A stretch of DNA of 64,000 nucleotides from Spongospora subterranea f. sp. subterranea (GCA_049724395.1 JAUGWO010000069.1:62001-126000), one strand, 5' to 3'; shown: positions 14,066-25,950, counted from the stretch's first letter. Translations and numbers: made by a program. Notes: a model not told the origin generated them from the letters alone.

Positions 14066-15315
14066 AGTATGATAAATATATATATTGTTAGATCAATTTT
14101 CAATAGCACTTCTTATCAAAAACTCAACAGCAGATGAGCGCTTTCATTGTTTGTTTTGATTAAGATTAGGGAATGGTTAAAGCACCCGCGACACTCTGCT
14201 GTAGTGCAATACAGAGATCACGTGCGCCCGTGCGGATGGCAAGCCAGAGCCACAACGAACCGGTTGAAAAAATAGTCGTGAAAGTGTCCCCAGTGGAGAC
14301 AAGAACTTTATCACGAGTTCTAGAACAGATACTACACTTGATCTTAGCCAAAAGGCCGAGAAGGTTGACTTCACTCTGGTCCAGTACACTGCTTATATAG
14401 GGAATTTGTCGGACTAAATCAATATGGGACCCGGAATTACGAATAATTGACTCATAAATCCCAAACATCCGTGGAGACGACAGGGATCTATGATTGTCGT
14501 GTTTCGTTTGACAGACCTGACCGGATATGGGAAAATGTTACTAGTAATGAAGCTGCTTTTTATCACTCTATTTTCTTCCATCGTACGCGATATTATAAAA
14601 ACTTGCTTGAGCTTGACAGTCACGAGCATGTTCATTTACAGCTTTCAAACTAACTGCGTCCAACATAGTGTGCAAATGTGTCAGTCGATACCTTTCGCCA
14701 ATGCGAATTCGCATATTATTACTTGTCCCGTCCGGAGTCATAACTGATGGAAGCAGATTACCAACGCTAGAATTATCGAGAAATCAAAATGCATTCCTGC
14801 CATCATTAACAATGAGAAAATAGGCCGCGATCAAGGTCAATTAATCTTGCAATTCAATCTACATCACTTTCTTTTCCTCATGATTGCCCTTCATCGCTAC
14901 CTATGTCCTCATCGTGCTGACACTTCCACGTTAGTTTGGAAAATGCGCTCCGGATCCCATCTCCGCTCGTGTTATACGGGTGGCACCGAATGGAAGTTCT
15001 GGTTGAGCCTACCCTGCCTCCAATGGTCATGACGTTCCCTTGTTTGATTGCGGGACAGTGGTTTGACTATTCTTGTCCTCATGTCCGTTGCGCTCATCTG
15101 GAGAAGGCCAGGCCCCCTCACAGTAAGTAACACTACTCAACAGTAGTCAACACTTAATCCACAGTAGTCAACAATCAACAGTGTCACAATCGACCAACTC
15201 TCCCCCCCCCTGTGTGTGACGTATGCCAGTGATGTAGTTACAGGCCCTTGGTCAGTGGCACACGCCCGACTCCAGCGCCACAACGGGATAACAATCCAAA
15301 TCGATACAGGACAAC

Positions 15316-15510
15316 ATGCCCAATACTGATAAACATGGAGGGATGGATCGGCATTCAGGAACTGGGTTACGAGGAACGCCCAAGAAAGGCGGTGGCGGTG
15401 GAAAAGGGACCTGGGGAGCGATTGATGATCACACGTTGGCGCCAGCTGCCTTAGACAAAGGAGATCCTAACTATGATCCTCACGAATCCAAGGTCAACCG
15501 CAAAGCGTAG
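15316..15510 (+). CDS. 64-aa microprotein resembling the PDCD4 N-terminal ribosome-binding segment
   Basis: DRHSGTGLRGTPKKGGGGGKGTWG...DKGDPNYD closely follows the PDCD4/MA3-protein motif (DRRSRSG..GLPKKGGAGGKGVWG...DPNYD, recalled). The stop is followed within 40 bp by the end of a convergent gene. Confidence 0.7.
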   Translation: MPNTDKHGGMDRHSGTGLRGTPKKGGGGGKGTWGAIDDHTLAPAALDKGDPNYDPHESKVNRKA

Positions 15511-15548
15511 AACCACTCGTAATACAGATAAGATCAGTATTTTCTAGT

Positions 15549-17102
15549 TTATGCGGTGTCATCGTCATCACTATTCCACTCTGCTGTTTTACCCATATCA
15601 GGAACCCTTATCTGTACTAGGGAGGTGTTCTCCTCTATTGTATCGGGTATCATCGCCCTTTGTGCTGGATACCTGTTCATCAACAGATGCTGAGTCCATT
15701 CCTCAACCAGACTCAGCATATCACTGATACCCCTGGTGTTGCTGGCGATCTCGCTATCGTCCAGACCCTCCCCGTCTCCAATCACCATCGCCACCAGCTC
15801 ATTATAGATCTGATTCAACACCGCCCCGTATTCCTCCCTCTCGATATCCAGTTCCGCCATCTCATGCGATATCGTGGTCAATCTCTGCTCTAATCTCCTC
15901 ATCTCGTTCCACCTCCTTTTCCCCATCGCCCCATCGCCCTTCTTCTCTTTACCATTCATCCAGTCAATCAGCTCCCTGGATTTCTCAGACAGGGCATGAA
16001 CCTCGTTGAACTGCTGGATATTGGTTTGCTCACTCGCTGTGAACCATTTACACAGCTCGTCGTTATCGGCGCTAATCCCGGTCTCCATTGCCAGATAATT
16101 CCAACTGTCCCGTCGTTGGTTCAGCCACGCCGTTCCGGACTCAATCTTCACCACATCGATCGCATTGCTCCATGTGCATTGGGCCCAAATCTTGGCCACG
16201 CGATCGAGTTCGGTCGATTCATACACCTGCTCGACGACTTCCCCCAGATTCGACGCCTTCCGTCGGCTGACCACTTTCTCATCCCCGCTGTGCAGCCTCC
16301 TCACTTTCCCCTCGATCGTGTTTTTCTCAGCCACGACCACCATGATATTCTCCCATTCCTGTTTGCAAACCGCCTCGAGCCTCTCGCTGCTGGTGATCAT
16401 ATTCCTGAGGAGGGCGAGAGACTCCGGTTCCTCGGCCGTTATTCTGTTGATCTCGTTGAACTCGCCGGTGATCAGTGTTCGATATTTGATCTGCCGTTCG
16501 GCGCTGGCCTGCAGTTTCGACACCAACAGCTGGTTTGATTGATTGAGATCCTCGAGCGATACTCGCAACGATCGAACCTGCGACTGAACCGTGCTCACTT
16601 TCATGTTGGCCATGTCGATCTGGGATTCCAACGACGACAACCGGAACCGCATCTGATGCTGTCTCGAGGCGAATCTGACGACTCCCTCGTCACTCGACAT
16701 CACCAGTCGGATCTCCTCGTCCAGGCGCTTGATGTGTCCATACAGGGCGATCAGCGCCCTCTTCCTGCGCTTTGTGTCGAACTTGACCCCGTCCTCGATC
16801 TTCATCAGCACCTGGGACCCACTGCCCATGGACTTCCCCCGGTTCGCCATCTGCACATCCATCGTGATCTGTTTATGCAGCTCACTCATATCGCGCCCAT
16901 TCCGATGCAGTTTCGCCTTCCACAGGTCCTGAACGGCGTGGTTTCGGGACCGATTCGGTCGACTGCCTTCGATCGAGTGCAGTTTTCGGGACATCTCCGA
17001 CAGGTCCAATGCAGTTGACTGAACGATGTCGCTGGATTTATACATGGACGGGATGGCGCTAGAGGGCGGTGGCAGACCCGGAATGATGGCCGCCGCCTCC
17101 AT
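15549..17102 (-). CDS. Coiled-coil protein, outer dynein arm docking complex DC2 (CCDC114/CCDC63)-like
   Basis: Intronless 517-aa coiled-coil ORF. WNYLAMETGISADNDELCKWFTASEQTNIQQFNEVHAL resembles the family motif (ATGI.D.DELV..F...E..NF.LFN.VNEL). Confidence 0.55.
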   Translation of the reverse strand: MEAAAIIPGLPPPSSAIPSMYKSSDIVQSTALDLSEMSRKLHSIEGSRPNRSRNHAVQDLWKAKLHRNGRDMSELHKQITMDVQMANRGKSMGSGSQVLMKIEDGVKFDTKRRKRALIALYGHIKRLDEEIRLVMSSDEGVVRFASRQHQMRFRLSSLESQIDMANMKVSTVQSQVRSLRVSLEDLNQSNQLLVSKLQASAERQIKYRTLITGEFNEINRITAEEPESLALLRNMITSSERLEAVCKQEWENIMVVVAEKNTIEGKVRRLHSGDEKVVSRRKASNLGEVVEQVYESTELDRVAKIWAQCTWSNAIDVVKIESGTAWLNQRRDSWNYLAMETGISADNDELCKWFTASEQTNIQQFNEVHALSEKSRELIDWMNGKEKKGDGAMGKRRWNEMRRLEQRLTTISHEMAELDIEREEYGAVLNQIYNELVAMVIGDGEGLDDSEIASNTRGISDMLSLVEEWTQHLLMNRYPAQRAMIPDTIEENTSLVQIRVPDMGKTAEWNSDDDDTA

Positions 17103-17164
17103 TGTTTTCTCGATCTACGGGATCAGGTAGAGCAATGCTGGCCCGATTGTGCCCCCCGGGTGCA

Positions 17165-17182
17165 ACACACACACACACACAC
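17165..17182. repeat. (CA)n microsatellite
   Basis: Direct read of the acacac run. Confidence 0.9.
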
Positions 17183-17795
17183 GTCAATAAGAGATATCGA
17201 AAAGGTGTCCAGTACAGGTTCACGATCAATCGCCTTTCTCGATTCGCCCCCGGGGATCTCGTGCGCCAAACAGCCCAACGACAGCCCAAATCGCGAAACT
17301 TGCTGTGCTCCGTTTGATTTTGACGCTGTATTAGTGGATGACGATGATGTTGGAGCGGAATGTGCCACGTTGGAGGGACCAGAGTTTATTTTGTAGCTGG
17401 AGTGAAGTGATGTGCAAAACTGAGTAACAATTATCTGTTATTCGGTTGAGTTCCACAAACACTTGAAATAAATCCTGGACGAAACGCGTTCGTATTTCCA
17501 ATTTGATTCCCCATTGAGTTGACGGCTGGGATTAGGAATCGAACTCGGCTCTTGAGAGTCCGATCGTGCCCGGACCGACCTGTGAATCCGGCCAACACGA
17601 TCGTGAATACAGGCTGTGATCGTTGGGAAATATCGATCGCATCGATGGGATGATGATGATGATCAGTCGACTACGATATGACATACAATTGTCGAGATCG
17701 CGTCACATCGCCCCCCGTTATGAATCAGAATCTCGTTTCCCCATATTCCAGTCCCTAACCGTCATCATCCGCTCACAATCCATAACCGATCCGCA

Positions 17796-20038
17796 ATGCC
17801 CCGATCTCGGAGCACATCGCCGCCCCATCGTCCGGAGTTCCCCCGATTGCCATCCTCGCGACGTCAATCAGGTCCTGGCCGGAATCCTCCTCCGCCACCG
17901 CCTCCGCCGATCCGGCCCGAATCTCGCAGCGCATCACCCGATTCGGAATTCCCTCCGTTGCCTTCCTCCCGACGATCATCGGCTGTCGTTGGACCTGTTC
18001 CAACTCCTCGTTCGAACATAATTCCACCCAACGCATGGCGAGGTCGAGGTCAGGGCAGATCGCCATCCGCACGGCGCTCTCCAATCGTTCCCGTCCCCGA
18101 TCCATCGCCAGGTCCTGCCAATCCACCCGCCTCGCTGCCGTCCCGATCTCGTGGCGCATCGCCAACCGGTCGATCATCACCAGATTCTCCACCTGAAGAC
18201 TTATACCGACTACCATCACCTCCACCGTTCGATGAAGGTCCTGGAACACCTTGCCGAACTCGGAGCGCGTCGCCATCGTCGTCCACCGACACGTCCTCAT
18301 CGGGCAGGGATTACGACGCCCAATTCGAAGCGTACATCTTCGATGGTCGACGTGATCGTCAGACGGCTCGAAGTGCTTCACCACTCCCGAGACATGGCCG
18401 AGGACGACCCACTAGATCTCGAAGTGCCGACCCGATAATACAACGGCCAAGAACCCGGACGGCAACGCCATTTCCAGCGCGGCGTCAGGAGAGGCCAAGG
18501 GCTCGCAGCCTTACGCCATCTGCCTATCCGGCTCATCATCGTCTCAATCTCGACCTAACGCCCATTATCATGTTTGAAGATATGTCGGATGGCGAATTCA
18601 TGATTGGCGAAGAGACGCCACGAGCGGCGTCGCCACGTACGCCACCGCCTCCAACGACACCTCCACCGACACCTCCTCGTCGGGACCCGTCCCCGCCCCA
18701 ATCGTCGCCCTCAACAAGGCCATCAACCGAATTGGGCTCGGGCGATGCCTGGTCATCTGATCATCCATCGTCTGACACTGAATCACCGCCGCCGTCATCG
18801 CTGGGATCATGGCCGTCATCGCCCGATGATGCTCCGCCGTCTCCGCCCGATGATGCTCCGCCGTCTCCGCCCGATGATGCTCCGCCGTCTCCTCCCGATG
18901 ATGCTCCGCCGTCTCCTCCCGATGATGCTCCGCCGTCTCCTCCCGATGATGCTCCGCCGTCTCCTCCCGATGATGCTCCGTCGTCATCGACACCAGCACC
19001 GGCCCATCAATCCGCTGGCGATAGTCGGCCATCGTCCGGATCATCATCTGCCCCTGGACCCCAACGGGACTCACCCCCACCGCCATCTTCATCACAGCGC
19101 GACTCTCCCCTTGGTGACGCGCCTGATAATCCTTCGTCGTCACCGCCGACTGAATTGTCGTTAGACGTCGCCCCAGATCCGTCTGGCGCTCCATCATCAG
19201 GGTTCCCGGCGCTGCCGTCCACAAGGGGGCGATCGTCAATCGGGTCAGTACCCACTAGTACACCCAGGAGCCCATCGCCCGATTCGGCATTCCCCCCATT
19301 ACCATCATCACGACGATCGTCAGCCGTTGGTCACGTCCCTGGTTCTATCGCTCTTCCTGTTCCACCTGGTATATCGTCAAGCCTTCATTTCACCAGGTCT
19401 CGACGCCAAACTCTTTGAGCTCGACCGGTCGGTTGACAAATTCGTGACCATCTCCCGATCAGGTCCATTCAGCACATCGGTTCGGGGTCAGATGGTGTTC
19501 GCCGACTCCATATGCGGTGGGTGATATTCGTTTGGGAACAACAACCGGGGATGTTGGGCAATTGAGCTGGGTTGTTGTATCAGGGATTGTCGCCATCATC
19601 GACGACATGACCGGCCTGATGGGCGTTTACCACACACATCATATCACCGATATCGCCATACACCATCGCGTCAACACCTCCTGTCAACAAGACCAGACCC
19701 TCTGTAAACGCGACCAATGCGACCACCCTCAGAACAACACACCTGATGTGCCATCGATAGGGGCGAGGAAGATCTCGGACGTCGCCGGGGTTGAGGAGCG
19801 CCTCGAAAGGAATCTAAGGGCACGAACGGAATTACGGGGACGACAAGGCCCAGCAGGAACGACCAAAGAAGCGCAGAAACTGTTCGATGTTCTGTGTAAA
19901 ACGATAAAGTGCACATGGGTGGGCGATACGATCTTGGCACATGATGTGCGGATCGCAACGCCCTATAAACCTGAGAACTGTTCAGGTCCAACGAGTGATT
20001 CGTTGCGCCGTGTCCATGAGATTGTAATTGTGTATTGA
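17796..20038 (+). CDS. LSM12-like protein A with long Pro/Ser/Arg-rich N-terminus (Lsm-like + AD domain)
   Basis: A 540-aa low-complexity ORF can splice (intron ending ...caccag at 19396) into LFELDRSVDKFVTISR. It is followed by GTTKEAQKLFDVLCKTIKCTWVGDTILAHDVRIATPYKPENC, the LSM12 anticodon-binding (AD) domain pattern. 3' end may include a further exon. Confidence 0.7.
18822..18985 (+). repeat. 24-bp coding tandem repeat (PDDAPPSP x about 7)
   Basis: cccgatgatgctccgccgtctcc(g/t) repeated in frame. Confidence 0.95.
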
Positions 20039-20310
20039 TTGGTTGGCGAGATCAGCTGGGATTGTTGACGGGTTTGGAACCTGCAGGTGGTGGAAGCGTG
20101 GCGGCGATTCGACAGGGAAGGCGTTAAGACCGGCTGGCTTGGATAATAAACACAGATTCGCTGCTGGCGCCAAACAACCCTGTGCCCATCTCGTCCGATA
20201 CGCGCCAGGCTTTAGCGCATTTGGACCAGCACCGAATAGCGACCTGGCCCATATTGTGTCAAGCGATAGCTGGCCGTGATCGATTCAGTTCCACGTCCCC
20301 GATCTCTGAC

Positions 20311-20640
20311 ATTACGGGCGTCTGACGAATGTTTCGACCCGGATAACCCGTTTTCCGGCGATTCGTCGTCCTCCCGATAGCAGTTTTCGCGATGATTCCT
20401 GTCATAATGGGACTCACTCGACATCTTCAATAATCGCCAATGGCCGAATCCATCCGCAATTTAACCTCCGGTCAACTGTTCGGTCGCGATTTGCGGCATC
20501 GATTCGGCCATTGGAGATTATTGAAGATGTCGAGTGAGTCCCGTTATGACAGGAATCGTCGCGAAAACTGTTATCGGGAGGACGACGAATCGCCGGAAAA
20601 CGAGTTATCCGGGTCGAAACATTCGTCTGACGCCCGTAAT
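20311..20640. repeat. Long inverted repeat (arms about 150 bp, loop about 30 nt)
   Basis: 20311-20459 is the near-perfect reverse complement of 20491-20640. Confidence 0.97.
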
Positions 20641-21346
20641 CTACCATCAGCTGAGGCTGGAAGGCGCACGACTTGTCCCTTGCCACATGCTCAAGCCTGT
20701 TCTCCAAGCGTCAGCTCCAAGCTTGCGGAAACGGGCGGGATCGAGGGCAAATTCGTCACGATTACGAGAGCGAACCCATGTGTTTCCCAAGTAAGCGGAA
20801 AGGTCGTGTTAGACGATCGGGAGAATGGTACGAGGGGGTTGCCATTGTTGTCGCCAGGCGGGGATTGACCCAGTGATGTGCTAGAGGTGATCGCGTTGGT
20901 TGACGATAGATCTGGGGACATCGCTATCTATAACACGAGATCGATTGTCGACATTGATATAAACAGTGTCTCGCCGTCCCAATGGCAATTCGACCAACAA
21001 CAGCACAGTATGTCGCCATCTTCCCGCCAACGGTTTCCCGACTGAACAGGGTTTAGTGATTAGATGGTCGTGCGATCCAGAAATAGTGGAGGCGCGCCTG
21101 AAGGAAAACTTGGCGGCTCGTCATGAGATGCGAGCCCGGCAAGGGCCACCCGGGACGAGCGTAAAGGCCCAACGTCTGTTCGACATGCTGAATAAGACGA
21201 TGAAATGTTCATGGGTTGTTGACGCCATGGTTGTTCAAGATGTCACGATCATTCCCCCATATAGACCTGAAGACTGTATAGGAATGAATCCTGATTCAGT
21301 CGTCAGAGTGCAGCAAATCGTGGAGGCGGAATATGGACGAATGTGA
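20440..21346 (+). CDS. LSM12-like protein B (tandem paralog), multi-exon
   Basis: GKFVTITRANPCVSQVSGKVVLDD and VIALVDDRSGDIAIYNTRSIVDIDI parallel paralog A. AD domain reads GTSVKAQRLFDMLNKTMKCSWVVDAMVVQDVTIIPPYRPEDC. Start at ATG 20440 or 20527. Confidence 0.75.
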
Positions 21347-21413
21347 CCTGGGGAAACACTCACTGGTTTCGATAATATATTGTTCTGTATTACACGTTGT
21401 GAGCAATAATGGG

Positions 21414-23010
21414 TCATGCGGCAGTACTATCCAGGTTATTCTCGGAACTGACCGTTTTCAGTAAGATGTTGAATATATCGCATGAGTCCACGATGCCCTC
21501 CTTTGACGTAAGCGATGGGAATATTACAATGGGGGCGATCGCCTCATCAATGCGTCCATGAGAACCGCGAATCGAGAGGCATGCTTGCTCATGATATGGT
21601 GTGGCACTGATCAACACTCGAAGGCGGCAGATTTGCGATAGAATAGCCCTGGCAAACAGGTTGAAATAGCCAAACCATTCACCTGTCCAACTGGGATACG
21701 CCAGAAGTAATTCACAAGGATCATATCCCTGAGGTTCGAATGTTAGATTTCAATATTGTGCTCGAGGGACGTCACTTTACCGGTTTGTCGTGAATGGCAA
21801 CTGTTCCAGCATAATCCGGAGCATCATTGTCATGAAGCCAGAAGTAGTAAGTAAACCATGCCGACCTCTTGGCAATACACAGCAAATCTCCAGCTCGCTC
21901 AGGATGAAAGGAACCGGCCGCCCACACGGGTGCGTCTGCCTTGCCAAAGACATGCTCAATTCCCGATACTTGTTGCAATAACTTCTTGAGCGGTTCGCGA
22001 TCTGCATCCCGGGCAACGTGAACCATCGCAATCTGATGATCGGCGATGGCGAACGCACGCGACGATCCGCAATCGAGAGTAAGACCGTCCCGTTCCGTTC
22101 GTGTCGTTATGTAGCCTGCTTGATTGAGTACGCGGTTGATATGAACCGGTTCATTGACATTGCCAATGCCATATTCTGACAGAATGACGACCTTGGCACC
22201 ACGAGCTTCATAGAATCCCACCAGATCTTTCACAACTTCGTCAATCAGACCAAGCTCTTTAATAACAGAACCTTCAGTATCTGCTGGCCCTCGTTTCTGC
22301 AGCACATAGTCCAGGTGAGGAAGATAAATGAAGCTGAACACTGGATCGAACTCGTTGTCGACAATTTTGGATGCTTCGGCTATCCATTTGGAACTCTGTA
22401 TTCCGCTCATCGGACCCCAAAACCTGTGCATGGGAAACTGGCCAAGAATGCCTTGAAGTTCATCGCGAAGATTGGCCGGTTTCGTCCATATATCAGGTCG
22501 TTTACGTCCGTCAGACATATACTGAATTGGGTTATTTGGGGAAATATGCACGGAAGAGGACTGCAAACCTGTGGCCGGGGCGTGATCACGACATCCAAAG
22601 CGTCATCATGCATGCAATGCCAAGCGCAATTCGAGAACGTAACTGCGCTTGAATCTAGTTCCTTGATTGCATCATATATCCGTCTGGATTGCACCAACGA
22701 GCGGCTCTGATGCCAATTCCGAACTTCCTTCGTGGATTTATCGTAGAACCCGTTGGCACAGATCCCATGTTCGGATGGCGGCTTGCCTGTCAAATACTCC
22801 AGCAAAGTGTAAATTCGAGTTGACACGCCGAACCGAAACGTTCAATATTACATTCGCCTGGGCCACACACGTCAACGCAGGGAACGCCGGATTGATTTCC
22901 CGGTGCCCTTGCAGGTACCGCTCCTGTAAAAACGGCGTATGCGTCTCACTGATGAGCGATGCGCTCAACCCGACAACATCAAGGACGACCGTTTTTGACA
23001 ATGTCGTCAT
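21414..23010 (-). CDS. Alkaline-phosphatase-superfamily nucleotide pyrophosphatase/phosphodiesterase, EboF-like, multi-exon
   Basis: VVLDVVGL, PAFPALTCVAQA|YLTG..HGICANG, FPMHRFWGP..IQSSKWIA, YLPHLDYVLQK, LSEYGI, WFTYYFW, HDKP|GYDPCEL and GSHGR. Confidence 0.85.
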
Positions 23011-23646
23011 CCCGTTCCAGAATCGCTCCTGACTTCCAATATCAATAATGAGTCGTTTAACACGGTGTCAAAAGAGGCCTCGCCCGCCATCCTACTCCTC
23101 ATGTTTTTTGCCCATCGCGTGGACGGCCGTAACGGTTGTTGGTCTGTCGCACGTCACAGACCCTGTCTTACTGTGTGACCGACTGCCGGAAGGGCAAGTC
23201 GCCACGGGGACACCTGGTCTCGTTTGCCGGGAGAGATGGGCGGGACAGAGTCGTGTGTTCAGGAGATTACCGCTCTGACAGGTCTGCATCATACGGTCAT
23301 GGAGACGAGGGAACAGATCTCGGTCGTGTCGCAGCAGGTTAGGAACCCCCGTCTGCCGACGACCATTGGGATGCACTATGTGTATGTTGACAGAATGGCG
23401 TCTCTCTGCAATAGGTGGAGCGACTTGAACTACTGCTGAGGAATGTTCAGATTCAGATGTCGACGATATCAACCCCTTTACAATCAACCCTCTTTCACAT
23501 GGAATCTCTTAATAACAACGATGTGCTGAAAGAAAATATCGCGTTTACCAATGCGCCGCCATTCTAGTCCATTGAATGGCACAGATCGTCGAAATGGCGA
23601 GAATAAAGATGCCAGTTGTATTTAACATTATATATTGAGATCATGT

Positions 23647-23969
23647 TTATGGTCTGATATCGGTGGTTGAAGACTGGTTTGGATTAGAAGGCGCTTCCAG
23701 TAATTGTTGTTGATATAGTTCCTGTATCAGTGAACATCTTTTAGTCTATCATGATCCTCATGAACGCCTTCGAACGCCTAAATTACCCAGTTTCTTTTCC
23801 CCTCGGGGTCAACATGGCGCCGATAAAGTATCATCGAGCTGAGAATGATAGCCGGCCTTGAGATGGGATTTGTCATCACAACTCTCTCAGTTGGTCATGT
23901 GCAGGTGATCTATTACCAGGTATAACAGGTGATCTTGAGCCATCTTAGCGCCTCTGGTGACCACGCCAT
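23647..23969 (-). CDS. Small 3-exon single-TM protein (about 65 aa), unknown function
   Basis: Removing two GT-AG introns gives MAWSPEALRWLKITCYTWPAIILSSMILYRRHVDPEGKRNWELYQQQLLEAPSNPNQSSTTDIRP*. Confidence 0.5.
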
Positions 23970-24189
23970 CCCCCACAGATCCCCGATCGTCGCTTCAATC
24001 ACCACCGCGGACAATGAATGGCGACCACGGCCACTAAACAGATCTGGTGAGGATTTTGACGTGATTATGTTCAGGCGAATTTTTTTTCTCCCCAATATTA
24101 TTCGCTGAAAATTTATTTGTCATCATCGTTTACGAGTTTGGTCTAGTAAATCTGATCGGGTTTACGAAAAACAGCGGTGGCGATACAGG

Positions 24190-25030
24190 TTAAGGTTGAT
24201 GAACGAGACCCATGGCAGATTTCATGGATTTCATGGCGCCATCCTCACCGATCTCGTAGATGTCGATAAAGTGTGATGGGCTGATTGGGCCCGAAGTCAA
24301 TATCACCTGATTGGCGCTGATATAGAACTGGTTCCCGTCCAGCATAGCCGACCTCATATCGATATGGATTAGGATTTCGCAGCTCGATCGAATACCTGCG
24401 AACATCGATTGCCAAACCGTATCAGGGGCGGCGATCGCGACGACCTACCGGCTAATGCTCTGGTTCGCGTGTGGAGCAACTCGGGACGCCAAGCGATACA
24501 GTGAACATGTTGCCGGGCCATTGACGATAATCCCGATTCCATGATCGATTGAATACATCGGGAATAGGTCCCATGAACGATGATGGGGTAAAGGGCTGGA
24601 TCGGTTATGGGAACAAGTAGTTCGTCGTCGGATAGTATATCGGGTATCGAATGGCCCTGATTACATCGAATCCACAGCTCGCCGTCTTCTTCTCTCAACG
24701 CGAATCGAGTTTTGGCGTCGTTATCGACAATCTGCTCGCTGATATTGGTTGCGGAACGTCGGAGTAAACACCAAAACGACGAACCTGAAAAATCACCTCG
24801 CGAGAAGATTGCGAATATTTCTTAGCCGATGGGTGAGAAAGAATCTCCTCAACACGGACGAACTAGAAAAAGGGAGAAAACATTTGAACAAAGAAAAGGG
24901 CCGGTCCAGTTCGGCTGTGAAAACGATATACCCCATCTGACCGAAGCCGCAATCCCATTCTGACGGCGTCGTGTCGAAGCACTTTCGACAGGAATCGGCT
25001 GAGTTGCCCATGATTGGCGCGATCTTTCAT
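24190..25030 (-). CDS. TPT1: tRNA 2'-phosphotransferase (Tpt1/KptA), multi-exon
   Basis: LSRFLSKVLRH, DAKTRFAL..WIRCNQGHS, VHGT, GLSSMARQHVH and FYISANQVILT. Confidence 0.92.
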
Positions 25031-25389
25031 TGGCCGACACGACACCGCTTGCCCCCCGTTTGTGATTGTCGATCGATTTCCGTCCCGAACTCCGCGCCGG
25101 TTTTTGTTCAGTGTCGCCGTCCGCCGCTGTCGCCAATTTCCGACGATTACGTCCCGTAATTGGCGTTAGGTATTTGCACTGCAGGGGCAGGTTGGTTTTC
25201 TCGCGAATTGGACCTCGATATCATTGTTGGTTGACTCGATAGACGACTGAATCCGATTACCAAGAAATGAAAGAATCGCCCAATAAATATTGCGAATAAT
25301 TTGCGGTATTTAGTGGATTTTTATCGGCCGATTTATCCGACTGTTTCTCGAAGATTTCATAGTTCTGAGAGCGAAAATCTCGGTTTTCG

Positions 25390-25656
25390 ATGGGCAAGGG
25401 TCCCAAAGCGAATGGGCATGGGAACGGTGGCGGGTCGCCATCGACCCGTAAAAAGCGCAAGAAAATGTCGCTGGGGGGGATGGGCTATTCCGGTCGCCAC
25501 CTCATCATCCACCTATCGCCCGCCAAGACCCCAAGACAATACACAGTGTCCAGCATCCAGCGATGGCGACATTACGAGATCGCGCTGGCCGAATGTCTGG
25601 CCGAGCTGAGCACCGCCACTCCATCCCCACCGGCGCCGTCCCCTTTGTTGCAATAA
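25390..25656 (+). CDS. Hypothetical small basic protein
   Basis: 88-aa ATG-started ORF with a KKRKK NLS-like stretch, followed by an aataaa. No family recognised. Confidence 0.3.
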   Translation: MGKGPKANGHGNGGGSPSTRKKRKKMSLGGMGYSGRHLIIHLSPAKTPRQYTVSSIQRWRHYEIALAECLAELSTATPSPPAPSPLLQ

Positions 25657-25950
25657 ACCCCTCTCCGCCGATTTCGTCTGGAAGTCGCCCCCTTCCCGAT
25701 TGTCATCATAGGGTCATGAAATCAAAAGATCAAACTGTCTTTCCGATGGAGCCGATTCGTGTTGCGGTGAACGAAATTTGAATATATTCAACAACCCTTT
25801 TTGATTGGAGCAACAAAACGGGAAGGGGAGGACTAGAACGGATTTCCTATAGACCTTCCTTACTGCCATGGCGCGATATGACCTTAGTTACTGCCTGAGC
25901 CAGGCTGGTCGAGAATTTCGACAGCCGCTTCGACTTCGTGCTATAACCGC

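Noticed and set aside
14166..15130. Minus-strand gene between G-alpha and the microprotein
   Set aside because: Exon-like fragments exist, but I could not build a convincing model or recognise a family.
15660..17018. Plus-strand ORFs overlapping the 517-aa gene
   Set aside because: Antisense shadows of a GC-rich coding sequence.
20212..20430. Minus-strand ORF MKMSSESHYD as an independent gene
   Set aside because: It is the mirror image of paralog B's 5' end created by the inverted repeat, and it has no downstream domain.
23048..23487. Small gene on either strand
   Set aside because: Splice models gave early stops or no recognisable motif.
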